Shown here: piece by piece, positions 22,293-31,916 of the stretch
How positions within the stretch are numbered: the first letter of the stretch is position 1
Layout of the letters: each line of letters starts with the position of its first letter
NCBI GenBank assembly: GCA_042090305.1
Contig: JBELJQ010000001.1
Coordinates: forward strand, 107,967 to 171,966
DNA: 64,000 bases
Direction: 5' to 3'
DNA from: Pelagibacteraceae bacterium
Lineage (GTDB): Bacteria; Pseudomonadota; Alphaproteobacteria; Methylaequorales; Methylaequoraceae
Translations under genes and position numbers: made by a program
The notes under the pieces: model-generated
The model's input: the letters and a program-made list of their open reading frames with translations, nothing else
What the model was told of the DNA's origin: nothing
The model's database searches: none

Positions 22293-24275
22293 ATGAATTT
22301 AATGACAAAAGATAAACCTTGGTTAATACGAACTTATGCTGGACACTCCAGCGCTGAAGCATCTAACAAGCTTTACCGTAAAAACCTTAAAAAGGGACAA
22401 ACCGGATTATCTGTAGCCTTCGACTTACCAACACAAACTGGCTACGATTCCGATCATATTTTATCAAAGGGAGAGGTGGGTAAAGTAGGTGTGCCAATAA
22501 GCCATATTGGTAACATGCTCACACTCTTTAAAAATATTCCACTAGATAGAATGAACACTTCAATGACAATAAATGCACCAGCTGCTTGGCTTTTATCTCT
22601 CTATATCGCAACTGCACAAAGACAAGGTATTGATAGAAAGAACCTTTCCGGAACAACACAAAATGATATTACAAAGGAGTATTTGTCTCGAGGTACATAT
22701 ATTTTTCCTCCTGGGCCAAGTCTAAAACTTACAACAGATATAATAAAATTTACAACTGAGGAGGTTCCAAAATGGAATCCCACTAATATCTGTTCCTATC
22801 ATCTTCAAGAAGCTGGGGCTACTCCAGAACAAGAATTATCTTTTTCACTAGCCACTGCAATAGGTATCCTTGAATATTTAAAAAAGTCTAAAAATATTAA
22901 AAAAGAACTATTCGAGATGATTGTTGGCAGAATAAGCTTTTTTGTAAATTCAGGTATGAGATTTATTACTGAAACGTCAAAAATGATTGCTTTTACAGAA
23001 TTATGGGATGTAATCTGCAAAGAAAGATTTAAAGTGAAAAACCCAAAGTTTCGAAGATTTAGATATGGGATGCAAGTTAATTCACTCGGTCTTACAGAAC
23101 TACAGCCTGAAAACAATGTTTACAGAATTCTCATTCAAATGCTACCAGTTGTACTAGCTAAAAATTCTAGAGCTAGAGCCGTTCAGTTACCTGCATGGAA
23201 TGAAGCATTGGGATTACCAAGGCCATGGGACCAACAGTGGAGTCTTAGACTACAACAAATTATGGCATATGAAACAGACTTGCTTGAGTTTGGTGACATT
23301 TTTTCAGGATCTAGCGTCTTGAGAAAAAAAGTTGATTCTCTAAAAGATTTAACACTGAAAGAATTAAAAAAGATAGATGAAATTGGTGGTCTTACTCAAG
23401 CCATTGAAAATGGCTACATGAAAAGTGAATTAGTTCGCTCACAAACTTTAAGACAAAAGAATATTGAAACGGGTGAGCAAAAAGTAGTTGGGGTTAATTG
23501 CTTTGAAGAAGGTGAAACCTCACCACTTGTTTCTGAAGTTGATGGTGGTTTCATGAAAGTAGATGAAAATGCAGAAAAGTCACAAATAAATAATGTCATT
23601 AAATGGAAATCAAAAAGAAATAACAAAAAGGTAATTAAACTCATAAAAGAATTGAAAAATAAAGCTGTTGCTGGTGAAAATATAATGGAAATTTCTATAA
23701 AGTGTGCGCTTGGTGGAGTAACTACAGGTGAATGGTCAGATACAATGCGAGAAGTCTACGGCGAGTACAGAGCTCCAACAGGAATAGTTTCCTCTTCAGC
23801 AAATACTAAAAGTAAAATATCAGATGAGATTGATTCTCTAACAAAGGAAATTAATTCTATCTCTAAAATAATAAAACGAAGACCAAAAATGCTTGTTGGT
23901 AAACCGGGGTTAGATGGACATTCTAACGGGGCTGAGCAAATTGCAGTAAGATCACGAGATATTGGAATTGAGGTTGTTTATGAAGGTATTAGATCCACAC
24001 CTGAACAACTTGTTGTTGCAGCGATTGAAGAAGGAGTACACATCATAGGTTTATCGATTTTATCTGGTTCACACGTACATCTAGTTAATGTAATATTAGA
24101 TTTATTAAAAAAAAATAAGTATTCACATATTCCAGTTATAGTGGGTGGAATAATCCCACCAGATGATGAAAAAAAATTGTTAAAGAAAGGTGTTAAAGCT
24201 GTATTTACTCCAAAAGATTTTAAGATAGAAAATATTTTGAAAAAAATTACAAAAATAATAAAGGTGTCTGTATGA
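22293..24275 (+). CDS. ecm: ethylmalonyl-CoA mutase-type fused B12-dependent acyl-CoA mutase
   Basis: 660 aa starting KPWLIRTYAGHSSAEASNKLYRKNLKKGQTGLSVAFDLPTQTGYDSDH. The C-terminal B12-binding domain carries the DxHxxG motif (LDGHSNGA). It is divergent from ccr. Confidence 0.8.
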   Translation: MNLMTKDKPWLIRTYAGHSSAEASNKLYRKNLKKGQTGLSVAFDLPTQTGYDSDHILSKGEVGKVGVPISHIGNMLTLFKNIPLDRMNTSMTINAPAAWLLSLYIATAQRQGIDRKNLSGTTQNDITKEYLSRGTYIFPPGPSLKLTTDIIKFTTEEVPKWNPTNICSYHLQEAGATPEQELSFSLATAIGILEYLKKSKNIKKELFEMIVGRISFFVNSGMRFITETSKMIAFTELWDVICKERFKVKNPKFRRFRYGMQVNSLGLTELQPENNVYRILIQMLPVVLAKNSRARAVQLPAWNEALGLPRPWDQQWSLRLQQIMAYETDLLEFGDIFSGSSVLRKKVDSLKDLTLKELKKIDEIGGLTQAIENGYMKSELVRSQTLRQKNIETGEQKVVGVNCFEEGETSPLVSEVDGGFMKVDENAEKSQINNVIKWKSKRNNKKVIKLIKELKNKAVAGENIMEISIKCALGGVTTGEWSDTMREVYGEYRAPTGIVSSSANTKSKISDEIDSLTKEINSISKIIKRRPKMLVGKPGLDGHSNGAEQIAVRSRDIGIEVVYEGIRSTPEQLVVAAIEEGVHIIGLSILSGSHVHLVNVILDLLKKNKYSHIPVIVGGIIPPDDEKKLLKKGVKAVFTPKDFKIENILKKITKIIKVSV

Positions 24276-25113
24276 GTAAAAAAAAACTCTGGAATTCGCA
24301 ATTGAGCTTTTAAGACAACTTAATGAGTATGATCTAACCGACTTTCTTCCGATAAAATATAAAGATACAAATATTGGATGGGTAAATAAAGGTAATCAAA
24401 CATTACTAGCTAGCTCATGTAAAAAAATTTCTTATTTAAATATAATTGAGTTTCAAAAAAATAGATCAAAACTTCACGTATCAGATGAATGTTGCCCGGT
24501 ATTTAATTACAGTTCCTTAAACCCTAAACTTAAATTCTCAGATAATAAAAGATTTTGTGAAGGACAAATTTTTGAGATTAGTAGAAAATATCTGTCATTA
24601 TTTGGCTTACCTGCCTATGGAGTACATTGTAATGTTTGGAGTAAAGTGGGGAATACTATATTGATTCACTTTGGCCAAAGATCCGGTAAATTAAATAGTT
24701 TCCCAAAACACTTAGATAATGCAATTGCAGGTGGGCAACCAGTAAAATTATCAATTTTAGATAATCTAAAAAAAGAAGCTTTTGAAGAAGCTGGGTTGAA
24801 AGGTGAAAAACTCAATTTATTAAAAAAAGGAAGTACTGTTCACTACAATCACAATAATAAGGATAGATTAATTTCAGGGATTATTTTTAATTATCATTTA
24901 CAAAAAGAAATCGGAATGAACTTGAAAAATATTGATGGTGAGGTTGAACAATTTATTTCTTTGCCTATCTTTGATATTTATCAAATTTTGGAAAAAAAAA
25001 TATTAAAACCAAATTGTATCATTCCAATCTTAGACTTTTTAATATTAAATAATTATGAATTCTTAACAAAAGGGACTATTGTTGAATTAAAGAAGAAATT
25101 AAGAATCTTATGA
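24272..25113 (+). CDS. Nudix-family hydrolase with extended N-terminal domain; start separated from body by a 1-nt frame offset
   Basis: The reading frame is open from 24280 (KKTLEFAIELLRQLNEYD...YGVHCNVWSKVGNTILIHFGQRS...) but has no ATG. An ATG at 24272 overlaps the ecm stop (ATGA) in the adjacent frame. A Nudix-box-like sequence is present (GGQPVKLSILDNLKKEAFEEAGL). The ORF track lists only 24646-25113. Confidence 0.6.
24278..24286 (+). repeat. A9 homopolymer at the ecm / Nudix gene junction
   Basis: There are nine consecutive A directly after ATGAGT. The frame of this ATG and the frame of the downstream Nudix body differ by one nucleotide here. Confidence 0.9.
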
Positions 25114-25760
25114 AAAAAATACTTAATGGACCATCAATTAGGCCAAAATCTGAACTAAAAAATGCCATAATATTTCTTCATGGATATGGGGCTAATGGAA
25201 ATGACTTAATATCCATTGCCGACTTGTGGAAAAATAGTTTTAAAGAAACTATTTTTCTTTCACCTAATGCTCCATTTAAATGTGCTTGGGGTGATGATGC
25301 TTATCAGTGGTTTGATTTAACATCAATATCACCAGATAAAATTGGTGAAGGTCTTAATACTGCTGGCCCTTTCTTGAATGAATATGTTGATGATATTTTA
25401 AAAGTATATAGTTTGAACTCAGAACAAATTTTTTTTGTCGGTTTCTCACAGGGAACTATGATGGCCCTTTACCATTTATGTAAAAGAGTTGATAAATGTG
25501 CTGGAATTATGGGTTATTCAGGATTGTTATTTCAAGATAAAGAGTTTGATTCTAAAGTAAAAAGCAAGTTTCCTATAAAACTTTATCATGGCAAAAATGA
25601 TGAAGTAATTGATTACTCACAAACTATTAACTCAGCAGAAAAATTTAAGTCTTTAGAGTTCGATGTTGAATATAAAATTCAAGATAATTTAGGACATGGA
25701 ATAGATAACGAAGGATTAAAATTTGGATTCAACTTCATAAAAAAAACATTTAACATTTAA
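25110..25760 (+). CDS. phospholipase/carboxylesterase family alpha/beta hydrolase
   Basis: 216 aa with IIFLHGYGANGNDL and the nucleophile elbow GFSQGTMMA. It overlaps the upstream gene by 4 nt. Confidence 0.8.
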   Translation: MKKILNGPSIRPKSELKNAIIFLHGYGANGNDLISIADLWKNSFKETIFLSPNAPFKCAWGDDAYQWFDLTSISPDKIGEGLNTAGPFLNEYVDDILKVYSLNSEQIFFVGFSQGTMMALYHLCKRVDKCAGIMGYSGLLFQDKEFDSKVKSKFPIKLYHGKNDEVIDYSQTINSAEKFKSLEFDVEYKIQDNLGHGIDNEGLKFGFNFIKKTFNI

Positions 25761-25802
25761 TATTAAAAAGAATTTACAATATAATAACTTTAAGGTTTTA
25801 TT

Positions 25803-26363
25803 ATGAGTTTAGCGCCAAATAGTTGTCCTGCTTTAGTTCTTAATGCTGATTATCAGCCTCTAAGTTATTTTCCTTTATCAACATGGTCATGGAAAGATGC
25901 ACTAAAAGCAGTATTTTTAGAAAGAGTAAATGTAGTATCTGTTTACGAAAGAGAAGTTCGCTCTCCCTCTGTTAGATTTAAGTTGCCAAGTGTCATTTCA
26001 CTTAAAGACTATGTACCACTACCTGAAAGAGCCGCTTTTACAAGGTTTAATGTTTTTCTCAGGGATAAATTTCAATGTCAATATTGTAAAAGTAACTTTA
26101 AGGTGGAAGAGCTGACATTCGACCATGTCATCCCAAAATCCAAGGGGGGATCAACCTCGTGGAACAACGTGGTTACTTCATGTAGGAAATGCAATACTAT
26201 GAAAGGGAATAAACTATTAAACAAAACAAATTTCTCTTTAAAGTCAAACCCCCAGACTCCCAATAACTATGAGCTTAAGGAAATAGGAAGATTATTTCCG
26301 CCAAACTTTCTTCATAAAAGCTGGAACGACTTTCTTTACTGGGATTCAGAATTAGAACCTTAA
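25803..26363 (+). CDS. HNH endonuclease domain protein
   Basis: 186 aa containing CQYCKSNFKVEELTFDHVIPKSKGGSTSWNNVVTSCRKCNTMKGNK. Confidence 0.8.
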   Translation: MSLAPNSCPALVLNADYQPLSYFPLSTWSWKDALKAVFLERVNVVSVYEREVRSPSVRFKLPSVISLKDYVPLPERAAFTRFNVFLRDKFQCQYCKSNFKVEELTFDHVIPKSKGGSTSWNNVVTSCRKCNTMKGNKLLNKTNFSLKSNPQTPNNYELKEIGRLFPPNFLHKSWNDFLYWDSELEP

Positions 26364-26893
26364 ATTCGCTTTGATATTTTTATGGCAGCTCTGGTGACAA
26401 TTTTTGTGAGCCCCTTAAATACCATTAGTCTTTTATCCGTAGAATCAATTCTTTTTGTTGAGTTCTCTTTATGACCGTTTTCTTCCTCACGAAATTTTTG
26501 GATCTTTAATCTTAAATCATTTTTTATTTTTTCTGTTTTTAGAAATTCAATTTGTTCATTGTAGTGGTCTACAATTGTGCTCTCGACAGCTTCGGTACAA
26601 GCGTGGACATATTTTTCACCAAGAATGGATGAAACCGCTCCCAATACATATCCACCAACTTTCCATATAGGTTGCATCACTGTTGGTCTAGTTCTATTTT
26701 TTATTATTTCTTCATCAAAATATTTAAAGTGAACCATTTCCTCATCTGAAATTTTTTTTAGTTCTTTTTTTAAATTATCATTCTTGGAAAATTTTATTTG
26801 GGACTTATAAATCACCTGAGCTCCGAATTCTCCAGCGTGGTTAACTCTTAAGATTTCATCAATTTTTTTATTATTTTTGTTTTTCATGATCAA
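26360..26893 (-). CDS. coq7: demethoxyubiquinone hydroxylase (COQ7 family)
   Basis: 177 aa with RVNHAGEFGAQVIY and repeated di-iron ExxH blocks (EEMVH, EENGH). Confidence 0.82.
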   Translation of the reverse strand: MIMKNKNNKKIDEILRVNHAGEFGAQVIYKSQIKFSKNDNLKKELKKISDEEMVHFKYFDEEIIKNRTRPTVMQPIWKVGGYVLGAVSSILGEKYVHACTEAVESTIVDHYNEQIEFLKTEKIKNDLRLKIQKFREEENGHKENSTKRIDSTDKRLMVFKGLTKIVTRAAIKISKRI

Positions 26894-27359
26894 TCAAGTA
26901 AAAAATAGTTAAGAAAATAATCAATACTGATACTAATATATTCATATTTGCTAACGAAAGTCCAAGGAAAGAGAAATTTATTTCGTTACATTTTGTAATA
27001 GGTGCAGCTTCAAGGAAGTTTCTCAATTCATCTATACTTTCAAAATCATTTTTTGTAGAAGTACATCCCATCTCATAATGAATTATACCTCTTTCAATTA
27101 AACTATGAAAAATTGAAATTCCTAAGCCAAAAAATTGGAATAATATTGTTAGGATAAGATATAGTCTAATTTTACTGAAAAAAAAAAGAAATAATCCTAC
27201 AAATATTGTTAGAATATATGGTATACGTTGATATACACATAGTTTGCATGATGGTACTTTAAAACCATACTCTATTATAATTGCTGCTCCAAAAATAAAT
27301 AGGCAAAATAAGGTGATAATAATTATCGGGTTTTTTCTTATAAATTGATAATTAGTCAT
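26871..27359 (-). CDS. DsbB-family disulfide bond formation protein
   Basis: 162 aa with four TM segments, the motif CKLCVYQRIPY and a second Cys pair in the large loop. Confidence 0.75.
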   Translation of the reverse strand: MTNYQFIRKNPIIIITLFCLFIFGAAIIIEYGFKVPSCKLCVYQRIPYILTIFVGLFLFFFSKIRLYLILTILFQFFGLGISIFHSLIERGIIHYEMGCTSTKNDFESIDELRNFLEAAPITKCNEINFSFLGLSLANMNILVSVLIIFLTIFYLIDHEKQK

Positions 27360-27370
27360 AGATAGTTAAA

Positions 27371-28102
27371 ATGTTAAAGATGATTTCATTGTTAAAAAAA
27401 AGATTCATAAAAAAAACATTGATTTATTATATATATAGATATTTTAAATATAAATTAAAATATTTCCCTTCATATGGTGCGTCAGGTGAAGATGTTTTAA
27501 TCAACAGGTACTTTAAAAATAAAAAAAACGGGTTTTATGTCGATGTGGGAGCCCTGCACCCAATAAACGGTTCAATGACATATAACCTTAGCAGAATAGG
27601 ATGGAAAGGGATCAATCTAGATATGATGCAAGAGAATTTAGTTCTTTTTAATCTATTCAGAAAAAAAGATATAAATATTTGTACTGCTATATCATCAAGT
27701 AAAGGAGAAATTGACGCTTATTTATTTGAGACTGGTTCAGGTTTAAACACAAATTCAATAGAATGGGCTAAAAAATGGAAAAAAAAACTTGATAAAGATT
27801 TTATTGTTAGAAAGATAAAAAAAGAAAAGCTCCATAATATTCTAGATAGATTTAATGTAGATAAAACCTTTGAACTTCTCAACATAGATGTTGAAGGGCA
27901 TGAATTAGAAGTTTTGAAAGGTATGAAGCTAGGGCTCTTTAAGCCAAAGTTAATTACAATTGAAATACATGTAAATAAAACAAAAGATATTTTTCAAAGT
28001 AAGGTTTATAAGTTTTTAAAAAAGAATAAATACGAACTTATATCACAATATAGACAAACCTCCTTTTTTATCCCCATAGAGAATCTAAGCACTCTTAACT
28101 AA
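27371..28102 (+). CDS. FkbM-family methyltransferase
   Basis: 243 aa with FYVDVGA and NIDVEGHELEVLKG. Confidence 0.75.
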   Translation: MLKMISLLKKRFIKKTLIYYIYRYFKYKLKYFPSYGASGEDVLINRYFKNKKNGFYVDVGALHPINGSMTYNLSRIGWKGINLDMMQENLVLFNLFRKKDINICTAISSSKGEIDAYLFETGSGLNTNSIEWAKKWKKKLDKDFIVRKIKKEKLHNILDRFNVDKTFELLNIDVEGHELEVLKGMKLGLFKPKLITIEIHVNKTKDIFQSKVYKFLKKNKYELISQYRQTSFFIPIENLSTLN

Positions 28103-28669
28103 AATATAAAAAATTAAGATAACAATTATTAAAACAGTTATTTTACCAATGTATTTTGGTATTAGTTCATTTGCCTTATCTTGATATCTAGAAAGTAAAT
28201 AGCAAACTAGAAAGAATCTAGCGCCTCGAGAAATAAAAGAAAAAATAAAAAAAAGGATGAAATCAACACCCAAAAAACCTGATGCCATACAAGTTATCTT
28301 ATATGGAAAAGGAGAAAATCCTCCAATGATAACCAAAAGAATTCCATAATTATTATATTCAATGATAAATGAATTTAGCTTCGTATTTATTTTTGGATAA
28401 TGGTTTATAAAAAAATTTGAAACTTCTTCCCAAAAAAGGGACCCAACACAATAACCAACACAACCACCTAATACGGAAAAAAAGGTTGTAAGAAATGCTA
28501 TGTATATATACTTTTTTGTAGACGCGAGAACATATGGAACAAGAAAAATATCCGTTGGTATAGGAAATATTATCGACTCTAGAAAAGAAATTAAATAAAG
28601 GTAAACTTTATTTTCTTTTTTTTGGCATTTGGCTAAAACTTTTTTATAACTTTTCTCAATAATATTCAT
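28085..28669 (-). CDS. YqaA/DedA (SNARE-associated) family membrane protein
   Basis: 194 aa, polytopic, containing LISFLESIIFPIPTDIFLVP. Confidence 0.7.
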   Translation of the reverse strand: MNIIEKSYKKVLAKCQKKENKVYLYLISFLESIIFPIPTDIFLVPYVLASTKKYIYIAFLTTFFSVLGGCVGYCVGSLFWEEVSNFFINHYPKINTKLNSFIIEYNNYGILLVIIGGFSPFPYKITCMASGFLGVDFILFFIFSFISRGARFFLVCYLLSRYQDKANELIPKYIGKITVLIIVILIFYILVKSA

Positions 28670-28750
28670 AGGTACTTATCAATATGATTTTTTTAATTTG
28701 ATTCTGAAATTTGTGATTAATTAACTTATTTATTATTTTAATCTATACGA

Positions 28751-29485
28751 TTAAAATTTCATTTTTTTTATATGCTTCCACAGGCGCTTAAGACCTCTAG
28801 GAGCATTGGTCTTTCTTCTTTTTGGCCATTTTCTTGTTGGGTCAATTATTGTTCTATCTAGCCCAATATCTTCAACAGCTGGATTTTCTATAATTACAGT
28901 ATAAAAACCTTTTTTTTTATATGTAACTCCAATATCAAGTTCATTTTTATATTTTTCGTACCCTCCAATGAGATTATAATCAGTCATTCTTTTTACACCA
29001 GGCCGGAAGGAAAAATATCCCCATTCCCATCCATCCTTGCAATAGACTTTTCTAAAACCAATCTTACCTACCTTTTGTAGTGGGCCATATTCAAAAATAT
29101 CAAGTCTACTGGCACTTTCTTGACTCTCCAACCAGACTTGAATAATTTTGTCGTCGGTTTGCAGAATTTTCAGAGAGTCTTCAATAAAATTTTTTCTTGT
29201 ATAGACCCAGTCATCTTCACAATGAAAAACAAAAGGGGTTTTTATCAAATTATAGGTGTCAACAATTGATTGGATTTGGCCTTTCTTTTTTTTATTAAAA
29301 ATTAGTTCCAATTTATCATCCCACTTTTCTTTTATGTGTTCATAAACACTTGGATTAACTGAATCCTCTACTAAATAAAGTTTTTCAATCCTGAAAGAAT
29401 TAAATTTAAAGAAACTTTCCAATGTTGGATCTAACAGATCAGTCCTACCACAGCTTGTTAGTACAAAGGATATTTTTTCCTGCAT
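28751..29485 (-). CDS. putative GT-A-fold glycosyltransferase
   Basis: 244 aa. The N-terminal FVLTSCGRTDLL...YLVEDS resembles GT2-like nucleotide-sugar binding and DxD-type regions. The assignment is tentative. Confidence 0.4.
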   Translation of the reverse strand: MQEKISFVLTSCGRTDLLDPTLESFFKFNSFRIEKLYLVEDSVNPSVYEHIKEKWDDKLELIFNKKKKGQIQSIVDTYNLIKTPFVFHCEDDWVYTRKNFIEDSLKILQTDDKIIQVWLESQESASRLDIFEYGPLQKVGKIGFRKVYCKDGWEWGYFSFRPGVKRMTDYNLIGGYEKYKNELDIGVTYKKKGFYTVIIENPAVEDIGLDRTIIDPTRKWPKRRKTNAPRGLKRLWKHIKKMKF

Positions 29486-29701
29486 AGTTTTAATATAAAC
29501 TATTACTATTTACATAAAAATATTTAAAAAAAAAATTCATTATTTTAATTTTTCTAATATAAGATTTATGAAAAGTTAATACCTAAATTTTTTAGATTTC
29601 TTTAAGGAGTATAATTTTATTAGAATCTGATATATTTATTAGTTAATATAAACTTTCTATTGTCTGTCAAAAAATTTACAGTAATTTATGATTATATAAA
29701 T

Positions 29702-29788
29702 GCCCCTATGGCGGAATTGGTAGACGCGACGGATTCAAAATCCGTTGAACTTCGGTTCATGTCCGTTCGAGTCGGACTAGGGGTACCA
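29702..29788 (+). tRNA. tRNA-Leu (anticodon CAA), CCA encoded
   Basis: A cloverleaf can be drawn by hand. The acceptor stem is GCCCCTA/TAGGGGT. The anticodon stem is ACGGA/TCCGT with loop TTCAAAA (CAA at 29736-29738). The long variable arm is TGAAC-TTCG-GTTCA, the T arm is GTCCG-TTCGAGT-CGGAC, and the 3' end is A-CCA. Confidence 0.9.
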
Positions 29789-29988
29789 CTTTCAGAATTA
29801 AACCTTATAATTTAGTCTGTCGCATAATAATGCTCTCTAAATTTCCTATATTTTAAACATCAGATCAGATGGGAAGTTATAACTAAGATTATTGGTTAAG
29901 TTCGATAAAATATAATTACTATTTTATATTAATAAATTATGTTTTTATTATTTTTAAGTTATATTGATAGATTGTTTTAACAACATAT

Positions 29989-31716
29989 ATGCTAGATGAA
30001 ATAAAGAAATATTATCAACTTAAAAAATTTAAGAAGGCTGAAATTCTCGCTCGCAAAGGTTTGAAAACCTCGCCTAACAATCTAGAATATTATTATTTGT
30101 TAGGTTTGATTAATTATTCGTTGGATAAATTTTCTAGTTCAATAAAATATTTAAATCATGTACTGAAATATAATCCTAAACAAGTAGATGTACTTGTGGC
30201 TAAAATACATTGCTTACGGGCCATGAATAAAAATCATGAAGCTATTAAAACACTTGAAGGACTTTTAAGTTTAGACTCTAGAAAATCTGATATTTTTTTA
30301 CTTCTTGGAGATTGTTATCTTAAAATTGCAGATATAAATAAAGGCAATCATTTTTTAAGAGAAAGTTTAAAAAATGATAACTCTAAACAAAACCTAATGA
30401 ATATTTATAAAATTTATAGCGATTGTGACAAAAGAAAAGAAGCTGCAAAATTATTAAAAGAATCAATTTTTTTTAATATAGATGACGAGGTAAAACTTAA
30501 ATATTGTAATGATCAAATTAAATATAATTTAGGGCTATTCGACGAGGTTTTTAAAATTTTAGATTCTTTTGAAAAAAAAAAATTTATAAACCCTCAAATT
30601 TTCTACTTGTTAGGTATATCTTCATTGATATTAGGTCATACTGAAAGATCAAAAGAATATTTTTTAAAATCAGTTAGTTGTTCTATAGAAAACGAGGATA
30701 TATTTTCATCTACTCCCTTCATCGCATCGTCTTACTTCCAGTTATCAAGAATGAATTATAATTTTAAAGAGAAATCCATTATTCAAATAGAAGATCTGTT
30801 CTCTAAGAAAATTGACGCAATATCCCAAAGTCTGTTGGGGTTATCATTAAGTAAAATTTATAGTAAAAAAAATAATTTTTTAGAGAGCACTAAATATTTA
30901 AAAAAATCAAATAAGATAGTCTATAGACGTATAGTAATACCCAAAGGGTGGAAATTTGATGATGAAATTATTTTTTTTCAGAACTTGAAAAAATTATATC
31001 TTTATTTAAAACGATTGAAAAATCTTTCTAAAATAAATTTAAATCCGATATTTATTTTAGGTATGCCAAGGTCTGGGACAACATTGGTAGAAAGTATTTT
31101 AACTCAATCCAATGAAGTTGAGGCTACAGGAGAAAATGAATTTTTATTAAAGGAAATTTTTCGTTTTATTCCTAATATAAAGAAAGAAATTATACAAAAT
31201 TGTAATTTATTTTCAAAAATTAATTCTGATTATATTCAAGATTATCAAGATTATTTAAAAATAGATAAAACCTACTTTATAGATAAAACTCCTCATAATT
31301 TTTTATTACTTGGCATAATAAAACTATTAATACCAAACTCAAAAATAATTTTTTGTAAGAGAAATAAAAATGATAACATTCTCTCACTATATGAAAATTT
31401 CTTTCCCTCAGCTAGTCATGAATATTCCTATGACCTTAATTGTTTAAAAAAATACTTTGAATTACATATTGAATTAATGAAATTTTGGGAATCTGAAAAT
31501 ATTTCTTTCTTTAAATTAAATTATGAAGATTTAATTACAAATAATCAAAAAATTATTAAGGAGTTATGTGTATATACTAACCTAAAGTTTTCTGAAAACA
31601 TGCTGAATCCTCATTTAAATAAGAGGAAAGTTGAAACAGCAAGTTTTTACCAAGTCAGGCAGCCCATAAATAATAAATCAATAAATAGGTGGCAGAACTA
31701 TAAAGATTTGTTTTAG
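29989..31716 (+). CDS. TPR-repeat protein fused to a sulfotransferase domain
   Basis: 575 aa. The N-terminal ~300 aa are TPR-like. The C-terminal domain has a PAPS 5'-phosphosulfate-binding loop (ILGMPRSGTTLVESIL) and a later FCKRNKNDNILS block. Confidence 0.75.
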   Translation: MLDEIKKYYQLKKFKKAEILARKGLKTSPNNLEYYYLLGLINYSLDKFSSSIKYLNHVLKYNPKQVDVLVAKIHCLRAMNKNHEAIKTLEGLLSLDSRKSDIFLLLGDCYLKIADINKGNHFLRESLKNDNSKQNLMNIYKIYSDCDKRKEAAKLLKESIFFNIDDEVKLKYCNDQIKYNLGLFDEVFKILDSFEKKKFINPQIFYLLGISSLILGHTERSKEYFLKSVSCSIENEDIFSSTPFIASSYFQLSRMNYNFKEKSIIQIEDLFSKKIDAISQSLLGLSLSKIYSKKNNFLESTKYLKKSNKIVYRRIVIPKGWKFDDEIIFFQNLKKLYLYLKRLKNLSKINLNPIFILGMPRSGTTLVESILTQSNEVEATGENEFLLKEIFRFIPNIKKEIIQNCNLFSKINSDYIQDYQDYLKIDKTYFIDKTPHNFLLLGIIKLLIPNSKIIFCKRNKNDNILSLYENFFPSASHEYSYDLNCLKKYFELHIELMKFWESENISFFKLNYEDLITNNQKIIKELCVYTNLKFSENMLNPHLNKRKVETASFYQVRQPINNKSINRWQNYKDLF

Positions 31717-31777
31717 TTAGTATTCTTTTAGCTTTAATGTTAATTATGTTTAGTTTTCTTATAACAATGTAAAATAG

Positions 31778-31916
31778 GCGGATGAGAGGATTTGAACCCC
31801 TACTTCCGATACTACAAAGCAAATAATTCTTGCTTTAGAAAATGATTAGTTATAATCTTTAATAAACGTTCAACCATTTTGGTCGGAAGTAGGTTTGAAA
31901 CCGAAGGAACGCATCC
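31778..31916. repeat. imperfect inverted repeat with perfect 11-bp core and tRNA T-arm-like motifs
   Basis: CCTACTTCCGA (31799-31809) and its exact complement TCGGAAGTAGG (31883-31893) are separated by 73 nt. The spacer holds an inner AAAGCA/TGCTTT hairpin. Flanking GAGGATTTGAACC is the reverse complement of a GGTTCAAATCC T-loop. It lies in the 237-nt gap upstream of the ATP-grasp operon. Confidence 0.6.
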
